Shown here piece by piece: positions 51,322 through 63,530 of a DNA stretch of 63,530 nt. The stretch covers positions 84,054,210-84,117,739 of the forward strand of contig JAUZTB010000107.1 of the NCBI GenBank assembly GCA_034780895.1, read 5' to 3'. The translations under genes and the position numbers were made by a program. The notes beneath the pieces are model-generated. The model saw only the letters and a program-made list of their open reading frames with translations, did not search any database and was not told the DNA's origin. Each line of letters opens with the position of its first letter. Positions within the stretch are counted from its first letter, which is position 1. The DNA comes from Rhynchobatus australiae. Taxonomy: Eukaryota.

Positions 51322-51872
51322 CAGTAAAACTGATAATCCTACATGCTCGGGTCTTCATACCCAAACACACTTTTCATTAATTTTTTGTTAGATGTTCCAT
51401 GGTATTGTAATAAATTGTCCGGTAAGCCCAGTGAGTTTCAAAGATGTGCAGGGACCGGGGATCTGGTGAATCTTTGTGGAGCAGAGGAACTGCGGCACCA
51501 GTGAGTTTCAAGGGTGCATGAGAACTGTGCCTGAGTGGTGCACTGCCTGAGTCTCAGGCAGTGCAGACACTTGGGGGCCTGGTGAGCCTCAGAGGAGCAG
51601 GGAATCTGGGGCCCCAGTCAGTCGCAGGAGAACAGGGGATTAGGGCCCTGGTGTGTCTTGGGTAATCTGGACACAGGGGTCCCGGTGAGTCTCAGGAGAG
51701 CTGGAGACAGAAATCCTGGTGAGTCTCGTTTGAGCTTGGGACCAGGGCTCTGGTGAATCTCAGGGGATTGCAGGAACCGGGAATGCAGTGAGTTTCTTGG
51801 GATGATGGAAAACATCATCTGGTGAGGTAGGATTTCCAAATAGTCAGATAGCAGATAATCAGAGCTTTACTG
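51322..51872. mobile_element. pogo/Tigger-like MITE with TA flanks and an internal minisatellite
   Basis: TA|CAGTAAAACTGATAATC at the left and GATAATCAGAGCTTTACTG|TA at the right form an imperfect TIR starting CAGT. Confidence 0.65.
51425..51828 (+). repeat. Degenerate GC-rich minisatellite, unit about 33 bp (approx. CCTGGTGAGTCTCAGGGGTGCAGGGACCGGGG)
   Basis: About a dozen recurrences of (C/T)(A/G)GTGA(G/A)T(C/T)TC spaced roughly 33 bp apart. Confidence 0.75.
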
Positions 51873-54800
51873 TAGGTAGATGAGGGAGAGCAGCATGTAT
51901 AAGTTTACTGCAAGCATTCTCGAGCATATTGGATGGATTCCTGAGTGCGGGCTACTTATCGACAGAAAGAAAATTAAATGTGTTAGTGTCCATTTCACTG
52001 TGGTCTCCTGAAACTTGCTTGATCAACATCAGGGGTCAGAGAAGTATTTCCCAGAGACTTTTCTTTTTCTAAATTGGTCTCAGGTTTTCTGACCTTCATG
52101 AAGGGAACTGCACAGTAGGCGATGGGGGGAGTGGGTGAAGTGGAGGTAGAGGTGGTTGGGGGGGTCTGCAGTAGAATGAGATGAAAGAATGTAAAAGCTG
52201 CTCCTTATTGGCATAATGCATGGTGGATTGATTAGGTGGTTCTTTATTTTGTTTGCTTCCATTATCATTTCACTATTGTCTTAGAGAGCTTTTTAGCTGG
52301 AGAAGTTAATTGTACATAACAGAAATGGATTATTCACTTTACCTCCTTCTGTTTTTAAAAGGAAGTGAAGGATTTATTTACCTAGATATATCCATAGCAG
52401 TTTTAAGAACACAATATATTCAATATGACTCAAAGCAACGCAGCATGTTTTCCATTGTGAAGACTTTTTTTTCTATTCCCTTTAAGCAAGGCTTAATGCA
52501 ACTGAAGTACCAGTGAATTGGTCATGTTCTGACTTATAAAATACAGATTGGCAATTAGAATTTCCCAGTCAACCTCAAACATCTTTTTTTTTGTTTAATA
52601 TCCAAATTACTGGATGATTCTTGGAGAGGATTAGAAAAAAAATCAAAACACTGAATATAGTGTTGTGCTTTAATCCTTATCCTAGACTAGTAACAATGCA
52701 CCTAAATCAATAAGAAGTGCATGGCTGCCTTCAAAACCCTTGACATTGTCACTTCCTGAGTAATTAAGAGCTACTACAGTTCCATGTCAGTTGCAAGGGC
52801 TAAAAATATAAAGACCCTTTTTCTGTAGCTTTAGACAAGCCCTATTCAGAGAAAAGAAATAGAGGGAGTTTGTTCAGAGGCCAGAGAGGGGAAGATAAAA
52901 GGAAAAAACTTTTTTTTAAACTGCGGTCTGTCCATGACATGGGAAAAGTAGGGAGATGAATAGTGGGCCTGTGTGGTTATTTTCTACCTGACAGATTATT
53001 GTGGTGGAAATACTTGAGAAAGGTGAGTAACACAGGATAGAAGGAATAGAAGCCAATGAAGGCTGTTTGCATATGAAAGTGATGGTGTGTTCCAGAGGGC
53101 TGTATCATTTATTGTATGATCTTATCTGGCGCGTGCCTCAGCAGCCTTTCCCACAGTCTGCATGCTTCAGTGCAGAGGCCTGGCTAGATGAAAGCAGACT
53201 TGAGGCTCAGACTGTCACTGTGTGGCTACGACATAATGCACTTGATAAAGAATACATTTTAGAATTTGACAAGGCCAACATTTACATTTTTAAATACCTG
53301 CTTAGAGGATTAGGCCCTTTTCCCAGTGCAAATGAGACCCTCTTGACATACATCTTACAAACTTCTTACACATTAATATTTCATGCAATGTAGGGGCTTT
53401 TAATGAGATCTCACCGAAACTGCATTCTTATTTGAACAATATTTTCCAATGTACTTGTCTGATGTGAACTCAATACTCCTTGCTTTATTTTTAGGGTTAT
53501 AAAATGTGGAATAATTTATGTGACATAAAAGCAAATTCATACACATTTGAAACTCTTCACTGTGCATCAACTATAAGCATATAATCTGTTAATAATTCAG
53601 ACAAGGTGTATTGGCAAGGTCCTGTGATTTACACAATGGATCCTAATGTGTGTTCAGGTTGTTAGTAATTTATTTATGGCATAGAATTTTTGAAAAGTAT
53701 TGTATTTTGTTATTTATGCCTATTCCATTCAGTTTTATTGTAATTGTAACAGTAGGTTTTTTTTGATGAAATAATAACACATACTTTTACTTACTACAAA
53801 GAATTAGTAAATTGTTTTTTGGAACATTATGACAGGCATCCTATACCAGCTGCAGCTAAACTTATTGGTTTAAGATACTTAAATGATCTTGATACAGTCA
53901 GGTAAATCAGGCAGAAGCAATAAAATTCCTGCTTGCTGCAAAAAGAGAGAATATCATTGGTAAATAATCTTGGGATATCAGAGTTTTAATTAATAAGTTT
54001 AATTTTTTACAGCCTTTATCATCAGATATCTCACCATCATGTGTTTAAATTCAGGATTCTATTCTTAAAAATGTATTTGGAAGCCAAACTTTTCATAATT
54101 GAATGCAATCTCTTTCCCCTTAAAAAAGCTAAACTGTGCATTGATGACCCAGCGGGTGATCAAAGCATGGCTTATGTGAGATTTCAGTCCAATCCAGAGA
54201 AGACCCTAAGCTCTCACTTCATAACCTTTAGCTGGGTGTTCCGTGAATGTCAAATCAAATTTGTCAACTGTGGCACTCGCTCGTCCTTTTCCTTTGTCTC
54301 ATACTGAGAGAAGTAAACGCTTGTGTACTTTAAGAAATGCAGAGATCTGTTTTGTAATTTATAATTTTATCAGGTATGTGGAAGCATTTTAAGTACAAAC
54401 CATCCCATAGAAATGTCCCACTAATGTAACTTTTCTCACTTTCCAGAGTTATCTGACCTCAGTCCACAAGGCAGTTTAAATGTTTCCTTTGGCATTCATT
54501 CGCATGGATCAAGGAGGGGATCACCAGCTGAGACCCACGCTACTGTTCCCTGGTCAAAAATATGCAAATACAAAAGTAAGGAGAGACACCACAAAGTAAC
54601 TGATGAGTTGGACAAATCTATTTACAAAATAACCAGATTCTCAATTCTGCTACATTGTTTAGTTCATGTTTTAGGTCTAAGTTGTTTCACAGATCTGTCA
54701 GTGCTTCTCAAGGTTCCAGTTTCACCGGTCAGTGGTGATGAGCTAACAGCACTGATACTCCTTTAGCACTGATTCGTTATCATGCTCTTGGTCCCGGAAT

Positions 54801-57499
54801 CCACACACTCACAAGTACGTAGCCCCCGCACATCCGTTTGGGCTGTACACTGGTGTACCAGGTCCCTGGCATGTACCTCTCCCTCACCTGGTGCTCCCGC
54901 AACAATGAAGCAGTGAGCTTGTGTGGAGTGAAGTACTACACAATGTGCAGAGGTTACCTGGTGCTGGGCAAGTGACACATCCACTCAGCACTGATGCGGA
55001 ACTCAGGGCTGCATCCTAGATGACATGGTGAATGTAGGCCATTCCTGGAGATAGCAGCAGCTCCTCAGTGTATTGACTGCCCACATCCAATGGTCTGTGT
55101 CTTCACTGTTCTGGCCAGTTTGCAACTCTGATTCATGCATCTCAGCACCACTTGCCCCACCCCGCCCACTACCAGTCCTCATAGGCGGCCATTTCACATT
55201 GGTGGCTCACTCCACACTGAGCCCCATAATGNNNNNNNNNNNNNNNNNNNNNNNNNNNNNNNNNNNNNNNNNNNNNNNNNNNNNNNNNNNNNNNNNNNNN
55301 NNNNNNNNNNNNNNNNNNNNNNNNNNNNNNNCTGCAATGATGAGGTCACTTTAACCCATGGATGACTGAGCCTTCGACAGCTTCCCAGCACAGCAGCACC
55401 GCCAGGTTCTCATTCCTGAGAATGAGAAACTATTTGTTAAAATAATCTAGAACATCAGACCATTTGATTTCCATTTTCCCTTAGTGGAGCTATCCAGCTT
55501 CTACCTAGCACACTTATACCAAAAACAAAAGAGAACATAAAGGCAATGATAAACACTAGCTTGTTCATCAGCTCTTCATGGTACAAAAATCTTTGCTTTA
55601 TCCAGCTGTGTAAATGGAATATTCATAAACCTTTGATCAAATTTAAGAGTGTCCAAAACAAACTACTGTGTAATCCATGCAGGTCAAATTATAATTTTTG
55701 CTTCTTGAAAGGTAACTATTTTGGCTTTAAAGTCACACACCAAACTGTGCTGGTTGATAGGCCATAGGTTTAAGAACCCCTGTACATGCACCAGGTACTA
55801 TTGAAACTTAACTGGCTATATAGTTCAACAACACAATACAAACCATCAGTGAGCTTTCTGATGCAGATGCCACCAGAGTGATTCTGCCTTCCATGCCATT
55901 GGTTTATACAGTTATCTGAAAATGAACGGGAAGTATCCGAGACTCCTGTGCCAATCTACTTCTGGAAGTTCCATTAATCAGTTAGGTTGACTATTTCAGT
56001 TATCAACAGTGTTCTGCAGTTTTGCAGACCTGTCAGTTCAGGTATCAGGTTACAAAATTTGCTACAAAATGTTGATTTCATTCTAAATTTCCATCACCAG
56101 GCATATCATCTTGAAGCCATTCTGACTTCAGAACAACCACCACTTATTTCACCCCCTTCCCTCAAAAAGAAAAATAATAGAACATCCAAGGGATTTACCA
56201 AAGCACCACTCATAGTTTTATTTTTTAAGTCATTAATTCAACATTTCTCCAATAAAACCTGCCTCAGGCAGATGAATACTTGACAAGTGCTCATGGAGAA
56301 CTTCTGTAAACCCACAAGACTGTTGAAGCTAAACTGAAGAAATGGTCCCTGACAATTAGTTTAATAACCCTTCCGACACTCTGTACCAAGCCACACTTCC
56401 ACTCAATATGGAGCTCTTTAGTGGGAGTTAAACTATATCACATACAGTATTTGTTGCTGGTAATGTTCTTTATTTGGAAACCAGTGTCTGTTGCTTGCTA
56501 GCAGATTAGATTACATTACAAATCATTTAAACTGTTACTTTTCAAATGAAGCACATTAAAGTCAGGAACATCTTGAATGTAATAGTAATAGACATGGTTT
56601 ATCTTTTCACAATATCTCTTTGTGACATTAATTATGAATATGTGTCATGCAGCCCAAGGCAACAGTTACTTTCCCAGGATAATTAAAGTCACTTAGTTAT
56701 TAAAAACTGTGTGTTACCTTTTTTTATTTTACAAAGTGCCTGTATTGCTGGTTGAATGGATTATGCAGTACACATAGAGTAATTGAACAATCTGTGGGAA
56801 AGTCTGCCTCAGTTGTGTGTTCTTTCAGAGTAATCTCCGAAAATCCCTGATGACTGGATGATTTAATAGGCTGCTGAGTCCCTAAATCCTGCCTGTCTGT
56901 CTTCCAAAGTAAAAAAGAAACACTGTGTGGCATTTCCTGCCAGACCGGACTTGAACCTGAATTAGGCTGTAAGCCATGGTAAGCCAAGACCTAGTACCAT
57001 GTTCCCATGAATGCTTGTGCCCCTCCCCCTCTCTCAGGAAAGGAATTCTATCCCATTGAATCAAAAGTAAAAGAAAGGTTTATTGCTTCCTATATTGTAC
57101 CATGCTCTTTATTTTGGAGTTTGCTTGCTGCTGTAGGGTTCACAGCCTTTCATTTTAATTATCCAAATGTGATGTGAGTTACAGATTTCAATTCAGCAAG
57201 TTATTAACAAGAGCTCCACTCTTCTGTTTATAATAATGTTGTGAACCAAGATTTGAATTAATTGTGGTTTGAGCTGTGGTACACTGCACGGAAGATAAGG
57301 AGTGAGTGGGAGGAGGGGAGAGATATACAGAAGAAGAAGAAAAGACACAGGTGGTGATACTGTTCAATTCCTATACCAGACAACGGCTGACAGCAAATTA
57401 CTCGATAATTTCTCATTCTTTTCCAAAGTGCCAAAGCAGGGAGAGAAAGAAGTACAATACAAACATAAGAGCGAGAAGGGACACAGTGAATGGTAGGGA

Positions 57500-57765
57500 G
57501 AACAGTAATGTTACACTGGAAGGGAGCAGCATGACAGCATTGTGATTTTATTAGTAAACCAGTGATCCAAAGAAAGTTCCATCCCACCATAGCAGCAAAT
57601 TGAAGTTTAGTTTGTTAAATAATTAAACAAATTTGGATTAAAAACTATCATCATTAATGGTAACCTTAAAATTATTCAGTTATTGTAAAACCCATCTGGC
57701 TCACTTAAGAAATTTAAGGAAAGTAATTCATTGTTCCTGCAAGCCAGATCTGTTGTGGTCAGTTC
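57500..57765 (+). mobile_element. SINE remnant, degraded
   Basis: CAGTAATGTTACACTGG..ATCCCACCATAGCAG..TTGTAAAACCCATCTGGCTCACT..TTTAAGGAAAG, a motif chain I recall from elasmobranch tRNA-SINEs. Confidence 0.45.
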
Positions 57766-58857
57766 AAGAGAAACCAGAAATGGACATTAAATGCTGGTCA
57801 TACTAGTAAGGTACCCCCTCCCCCAACCCCTCCACCCCCACACAACCTTCAGAATGAATAAGAACAGATACATTGCTGTGCAGGAAGGTGAGGGACAGTG
57901 AAGAGAAAATACCTTCCTTCCATTTGCAGAGTTCCCAACCTTTCTGCCTGCTAAACGTTTGGAATGAATGATCCAATCTTCCAAACATTCCTGGTGATGA
58001 ATCAGGGTAAAAGTATGTTGCTTGCTTCTGGTAGCCTGAACTATCAATTCTCACCCCATGCTATTCTATCTGTCTCTCTAGAGCTGCTATCATTGTCCAT
58101 CATCAGATTCAGAGTAATCATCTGTAATGTTTCTTGTATTTGGTTTCTGGTACTGCCCCATCACATTTTAGTTCACTGGAGAATCAACCTGCCTTATTGT
58201 AAAGTCACTGAACATGAGGAAAATCACTATGCTTGGCTTATTTGCTTTATTATCATGAGCCTTTAGGACAATCTGTATTTGATTGAATAGTCAACAGATA
58301 AAGAGGATGTGGTGTTCAGGTCAGGCTGGTCTAGCAATGATGGTTTTGCAAAGCAACGATTAGATAACTCAGATCACAAAGATTTAGANNNNNNNNNNNN
58401 NNNNNNNNNNNNNNNNNNNNNNNNNNNNNNNNNNNNNNNNNNNNNNNNNNNNNNNNNNNNNNNNNNNNNNNNNNNNNNNNNNNNNNNNNNNNNNNNNNNN
58501 NNNNNNNNNNNNNNNNNNNNNNNNNNNNNNNNNNNNNNNNNNNNNNNNNNNNNNNNNNNNNNNNNNNNNNNNNNNNNNNNNNNNNNNNNNNNNNNNNNNN
58601 NNNNNNNNNNNNNNNNNNNNNNNNNNNNNNNTGACCAGTCGGTTTCCATGGACAACTCACAGAAGAAGAATATTTAAACTTCAGCACCACTGTATAAGAT
58701 TGTGGAAGGAAGATTAGAGTGGTGTGGCAATTAGGACTGAGAACCAAGCCAGACCCAGTGATGGCCTTCATTTCATCTGTAGGGCTGGGAAGAGCTCTCT
58801 TACAACTCCTGGCTCCATATTCAGTTATGTATGTTCAAAATACCCCTTTGGTGGCAG

Positions 58858-59140
58858 CCAGGGCTCATGATCTAAAAATAAGGGTTAGCCATTCAGAACA
58901 GAGATACAGAGATGAGAAGAAATTTCTTCACCTGGAAGGCAGTAAATCTTTGGAATTCTCTACCCTAGAGGGCCGTGGAGGCTCAGTATATTCAAGAAAT
59001 AAGTGAAAGACTTTCAACTATTGTGGAAATCAAGAGAAGTGGACAAGTGGAGGAAAGTGACACTGAGGTAAAAGATCAGCCATGACCTTACTGAATGGTA
59101 CAGTAGATTGAATGGCTGACTCTTGCTGCTGTTTTCATGT
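58858..59140 (+). mobile_element. CR1-type LINE 3' end
   Basis: AGGGCTCATGATCTAAAAATAAGGG..GAGATGAGAAGAAATTTCTTCAC..TGGAATTCTCTACCC..GATCAGCCATGA. Confidence 0.85.
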
Positions 59141-59593
59141 ATGTGCAGCCTCCAGGTGTCCCTGTAAATACTTCCAAAACATAAAAGCTACATTTTCCTA
59201 ACTGCGGTCAGCCCAAAACTGACTGCTTTCATACCTGATTTATATGTGCAAATATGTTAAGAATTACATTATTACTGCAACAATAATGCAAGTGCTGATC
59301 TTTGATCATAATCTGTAAANNNTGCACAGGGTGACAGGTTCTGCCTCAGCAGAATGCATAGAGATGGGGGGCATGTCTACTTGTTCCACATAAAGGCAGA
59401 ACACTGATGGAAGAAACCTTCAACTATCCTACCTCAGTTACACAACACAAAAGGTCGACTTAGCATGACAGGAAAATCATTTACCATTTCAACATGAGGT
59501 GCTCCATGGACTGTTGCTTGTCAAGAAGACTTACAGATGCAATATTAACTTAGAGGTGAGTACCATTCCGAATGTTGTGGAGTCTACTGAAAC

Positions 59594-60112
59594 TGTCAGT
59601 GGTGACAGATCCACCACCTAACCTAAAACAAGTATCGGATCCGGTTATTTTCGAATCCGCAAGTTCTTTCAGGACTCCAGGAATGAGCTGAAAACAACTT
59701 GGTGCTTCACAAAGTTTTATTGGAAGAGTTTAAAACAAAGAAACAGTCACAGAGCGCATGGCACCAGCTTTTCTACTAGGAGATGAGCTGAGACAAAGGG
59801 AACAAAAGATGAGCTCATGCCAGGGGGAAGGAGAGCAAGAGAGTGATGAACAAAAAGCAACACCTTTTATATCTGAGATAAGAGATACTCCTTAACTAAT
59901 AGTCCAATCAGGAAACTTATTAGATACTTGTGGCCAAATCAACCCATAAAAAATCCACATATTCACCTGATGGACGAACCAATAAGCTNNNNNNNNNNNN
60001 NNNNNNNNNNNNNNNNNNNNNNNNNNNNNNNNNNNNNNNNNNNNNNNNNNNNNNNNNNNNNNNNNNNNNNNNNNNNNNNNNNNNNNNNCCAGATTTAAAA
60101 TGTTTTCTGACA
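59594..60112 (-). mobile_element. Probable LTR (solo LTR or LTR end), spans a gap
   Basis: Bounded by TGTCAG...CTGACA. The minus strand has TATAAAAG (59864-59871) upstream of AATAAA (59716-59721), CCAAT boxes at 59904 and 59979, and a retained CpG cluster at 59636-59660. No target-site duplication found. Confidence 0.45.
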
Positions 60113-62557
60113 TTTTTAAGTCTTTCCCCTCATTGTTTAATGATGGTGAAACAATTGATGTGAATTTATTTTCATATCCAATGATTTTCCCTAATTTTAG
60201 AGAATAATATACTCTCCATCTCTCATTCTCACATTACACTCATGTGACCTGATGTCCACTGATTTTGAAAAGATGAAGTTCCAAATTTAAACAGGTATAG
60301 TTCTGAAGCTAATAATATTCCATTTGCTGTTCCATAGCTCCAAAGAAAACTCTTTAAGATCTACTTTACTTTGTGTAGATGAATTGTTCCACCATCTTAA
60401 AAATAGCAAATTGTGTTTCACAAGTAGCATAAGACCCTAATTTCCATGTATATGGCACCTGTTTTGTTGGGACACGCCGGACACCCATTTATAGGATACT
60501 GCTGTGTCCCAGACATTTGTTGACTGGTGGAGATTGCAAAGAGGGCAAACAGCAGCTGAAACTCATCCTTGAGGTGACTGAGTCTAAAGGCCAAATGATT
60601 AAAATATAGGGCCAAAAATTGAATGTTAAAATATTCAGTCTGTCTATTAAGCAAGCCCTTCATTACTGCAGAGGACAAGAGCACCTTTTATTTGTAGAGA
60701 TACTATCAAGGTGGCAGAAGATTTCTATGAGTATAGTACAATGGACCATCTTTTGTAAAAATTGTCAATTCTGTTGTAAATTACTATGGATTGGTTCAAA
60801 TATCTTGGAAAAGTTAACTTCTTATTACTTAATTTAAAGAGTGTTAAAGTTTGCATCTGTTTCTTTTCAACTGTCTTCCAGAGCTTCTGAGTTCTGGAAT
60901 GTTACTACTTTTGCCATCTTGGAGTCATTTAGCTGGAATCTATGCACGGGATTATACCAGGCAGACAGTTGTAGAGTCTGTGGAGCTCCTGGATACCACC
61001 TGTTATGTGCATTTCAACTCAAAGTATTCGTCAACTGTCCCAGCTCAAGACACTGACGTGCAACTCAAAGCAGTAAGTTCAATAAATTAGTTATCAAACA
61101 TTTTTACACCTTAGGTACTTAGAAAGAAAATTAAGGCAAGGAAGCTTTATACTACTTTATATTCATTAGTTAATCTGTCTGTTCTTCTGCAGAATACTAA
61201 ATGAAAGGTAAATCCCAATCCCATGAACTATTTAAATTTTAGTTAGAAATTTCCAGCCAGATCTTTTGAATGTGTTATCTTTGTAAAATATTGAAGTGTT
61301 GTGCGAAATACAGTAGTCAACCCTTTAAAACTGTTTGTAGCTCCTACTAGCATAATTGATAATGCTGAGATGAGTACAAACTGGTAGTTGAAATTATGTG
61401 TTGATATCACAAGCTAGCTGAATGTAAAGCTGCCCTGCAAGATAATCTTCTTTGTTTTTTTTAATTTTAATAACCCTTTTGCATTGTTAACTGTAATCCT
61501 CAATGTCCATATGCTGGCACAATTCTCTGATTCATCATATTGAAACAATATGTAAGCAGCTGGATTAGTATCAAAAATCAAAGTTGTATGGTGATTCCAG
61601 TAAGTTACACGATGGCTGTGATTTATTGAAATCCTTAAGATTCCAGTGATCAAGAATCTATCACACAAAAAGAAAAATGTGTGTAGTGATGATTGTGCTC
61701 CTTGATTTTAAGTAATCTAAAATTTGCCTCACTACAATTTACCCAACAAAATCATGAGCAATGAACAACAAGCTAATTGAATAATTAATAGAAGTATATC
61801 TGGGAATATCATACCAACCCAAACCACACAATGGAGGGTTGGAGGGAGCAGTGGGATTTTGTAACCCCTCGCTTCCAGCACTCAGATTTGGGGTATCAAC
61901 CTCTTGTGTCCAAACAGCAATGTAAACCTATGCAATACCCCATTTAATCAGCTGCCACCATGAGTGCAAACTTGGCTAAAACTTATTTGGATATATAGCA
62001 TATAATATAGATATCTNNNNNNNNNNNNNNNNNNNNNNNNNNNNNNNNNNNNNNNNNNNNNNNNNNNNNNNNNNNNNNNNNNNNNNNNNNNNNNNNNNNN
62101 NNNNNNNNNNNNNNNNAGCAATGTAAACATATGCAATACCCAATTTAATCAGCTGCCACAAAGGCATACCTAATGGCCAGCCAAGATAACTAAAAGGAAC
62201 TGGGATGGGGAATTTAGCTCATCAACCCTGTTATGTTTGATTATGTCTATTTTTAGATGCAAACTGAGAATACTTTTCCCTGAATGAAGTAACTCTGCTC
62301 AGTCGCTCATGTGGTCAAGGTCTGACCAATTTTGTTCTCTGTGTATAGTGTGCCCAAATATTAAAGCACGGATATGTAGCCTACCCAATTAAAAGGCAGG
62401 ATTTCCCATATTTAAAGAGCAAATGTATCTCTTCAAGAGAAGGGTAACAGTAATCATCAGGAAAGAGTTACCTGTTGTCTTGGAGTGGCTGCTGAAATCG
62501 GTACTGTCCCTGGGTGGGCTTGAACTATCCAAATTTTGGTTAACTGAACTGATGAAT

Positions 62558-62655
62558 GATGAAGGATCTTTCACCAGAAATGAAAGCTCTGTTTCTCCTT
62601 TCACAAATGCTGCCTGACCTGTTCGGTGTTTCCAGCATTTTCTGTTTTTTAAAAT
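62558..62655. mobile_element. Short Penelope-related repeat
   Basis: GATGAAGGATCTTTCACCAGAAATG..ACAAATGCTGCCTGACCTG..TTTCCAGCATTTTCTGTTTTT. Confidence 0.6.
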
Positions 62656-63530
62656 TTTAGTTGAGATATTGCAACAATTCATATTGCTTCACCAACTCTT
62701 TGTTCAGCTGCTTTTCCATGACTTGTAGCAGAATGTTCAGGGCAACAGCTCTACATCCACAATGCTGGAGGAGGCCCAGAGACAAGGAGTATGCTCTACT
62801 TAAACGATGGCTCCAGGAAGTCAAACCACACCCAAGTTCCCTCCCAGTTCCTGAGTGGTAAGTGAATGCCTTTGGCTAATAACTCCAGAGGCATGCTTCA
62901 GTGATAGAAGAAGACCAGTGATGTGTCATTCTATCCCGTGAAATGCCAACTTTCCACTGCAGCTTTTCTTCATTTCACCGTCTCTATATCATTACTGTTT
63001 CACTCTCTTTGCCCTACACTCTACCTGCTCTTTCTCCAATCACAGCATATAGCTGAAGCTGATGCCCGTTATCTTAAAGATCCACACCTGTTGTACATGT
63101 TCTCACATCAATTACACCAGCAGCCTGCTTAATCTTATTACTCAAGAAAATGTTCCACTCTTCAGCCAACTAGCTCCTCCTTTTCCCATGCAGCCATTTT
63201 CTTACACGGGAGTACATCCCCATTTTTCTACAACATTTCTCTCTCTTACATGATCTCTGCATGGAGAAGCTTTGTACAGCTGCAGAGAAGAGTTCATCTT
63301 TCTCAACTCTTTCTCTGCAGAAGAAGGTGAAGCATAAGTGAAAGGAAAAGGACCTGAGCCTGCACTCCATTCAAGTTAAGAAGAGGAAATCGTGGGGCAG
63401 GAGTCTGCCGGAAGCATTAGGAAAGCTACTGCTGAACCAGGGCAGGGTACCTGCTACTATTGTTCCCCTATCTCACCATCCAGAATGTGGACACTGCTGT
63501 CTAACCCTGACAATCACACAGTGTTGTGTT

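Noticed and set aside
51425-51828. CRISPR-like array
   Set aside because: Whole units are degenerate tandem copies with no identical repeats separated by unique spacers, there are no cas genes, and the context is vertebrate.
52995-53022. 28-nt plus-strand exon candidate (IIVVEILEK) with AAG|GTGAGT donor
   Set aside because: Too short to assess, and no supporting plus-strand gene structure. RNA-seq could revive it.
299-59140. Strand bias of CR1 fragments as evidence of host-gene orientation
   Set aside because: About seven minus versus five plus copies is too few to be informative.
1-63530. The ORF track as a gene set
   Set aside because: All ORFs are short, many run through N-gaps or begin at TTG/GTG, and the recognisable ones are retroelement debris. 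There is no operon-like structure because the DNA is eukaryotic.

Overview
This window is not prokaryotic. It is AT-rich, repeat-dense vertebrate genomic DNA from a cartilaginous fish (shark or ray), judged from HE1-type V-SINEs, DeuSINE/SacSINE-like SINEs and abundant CR1, L2, Rex1/Babar, RTE, Penelope and Tx1-like L1 remnants. It comes from a draft scaffold with about 17 N-gaps, several of them nominal 100-N placeholders. I find no intact protein-coding gene, rRNA, tRNA or CRISPR array. Nearly all ORFs in the supplied track are chance ORFs, ORFs spanning gaps, or frameshifted retroelement fragments. The window reads like a very long intron or a gene desert. The best host-gene signal is an unidentified 131-nt candidate coding exon on the minus strand (37915-38045). 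Other minus-strand splice signals are a 128-nt stop-containing exon candidate, a 6/23-nt microexon candidate with three GTAAGT donors, and a possible recursive splice site. Structural points of note: a pogo/Tigger-like MITE carrying a minisatellite, a probable young LTR, three Tx1-like L1 copies, V-SINEs with two different LINE-type tails, weak traces of fossil Harbinger transposons, and two clear gap-associated assembly artefacts. I do not see convincing evidence of a novel biological system. Repeat boundaries are read by eye (about +/-20-50 bp), and family names come from remembered motifs, not from database searches.
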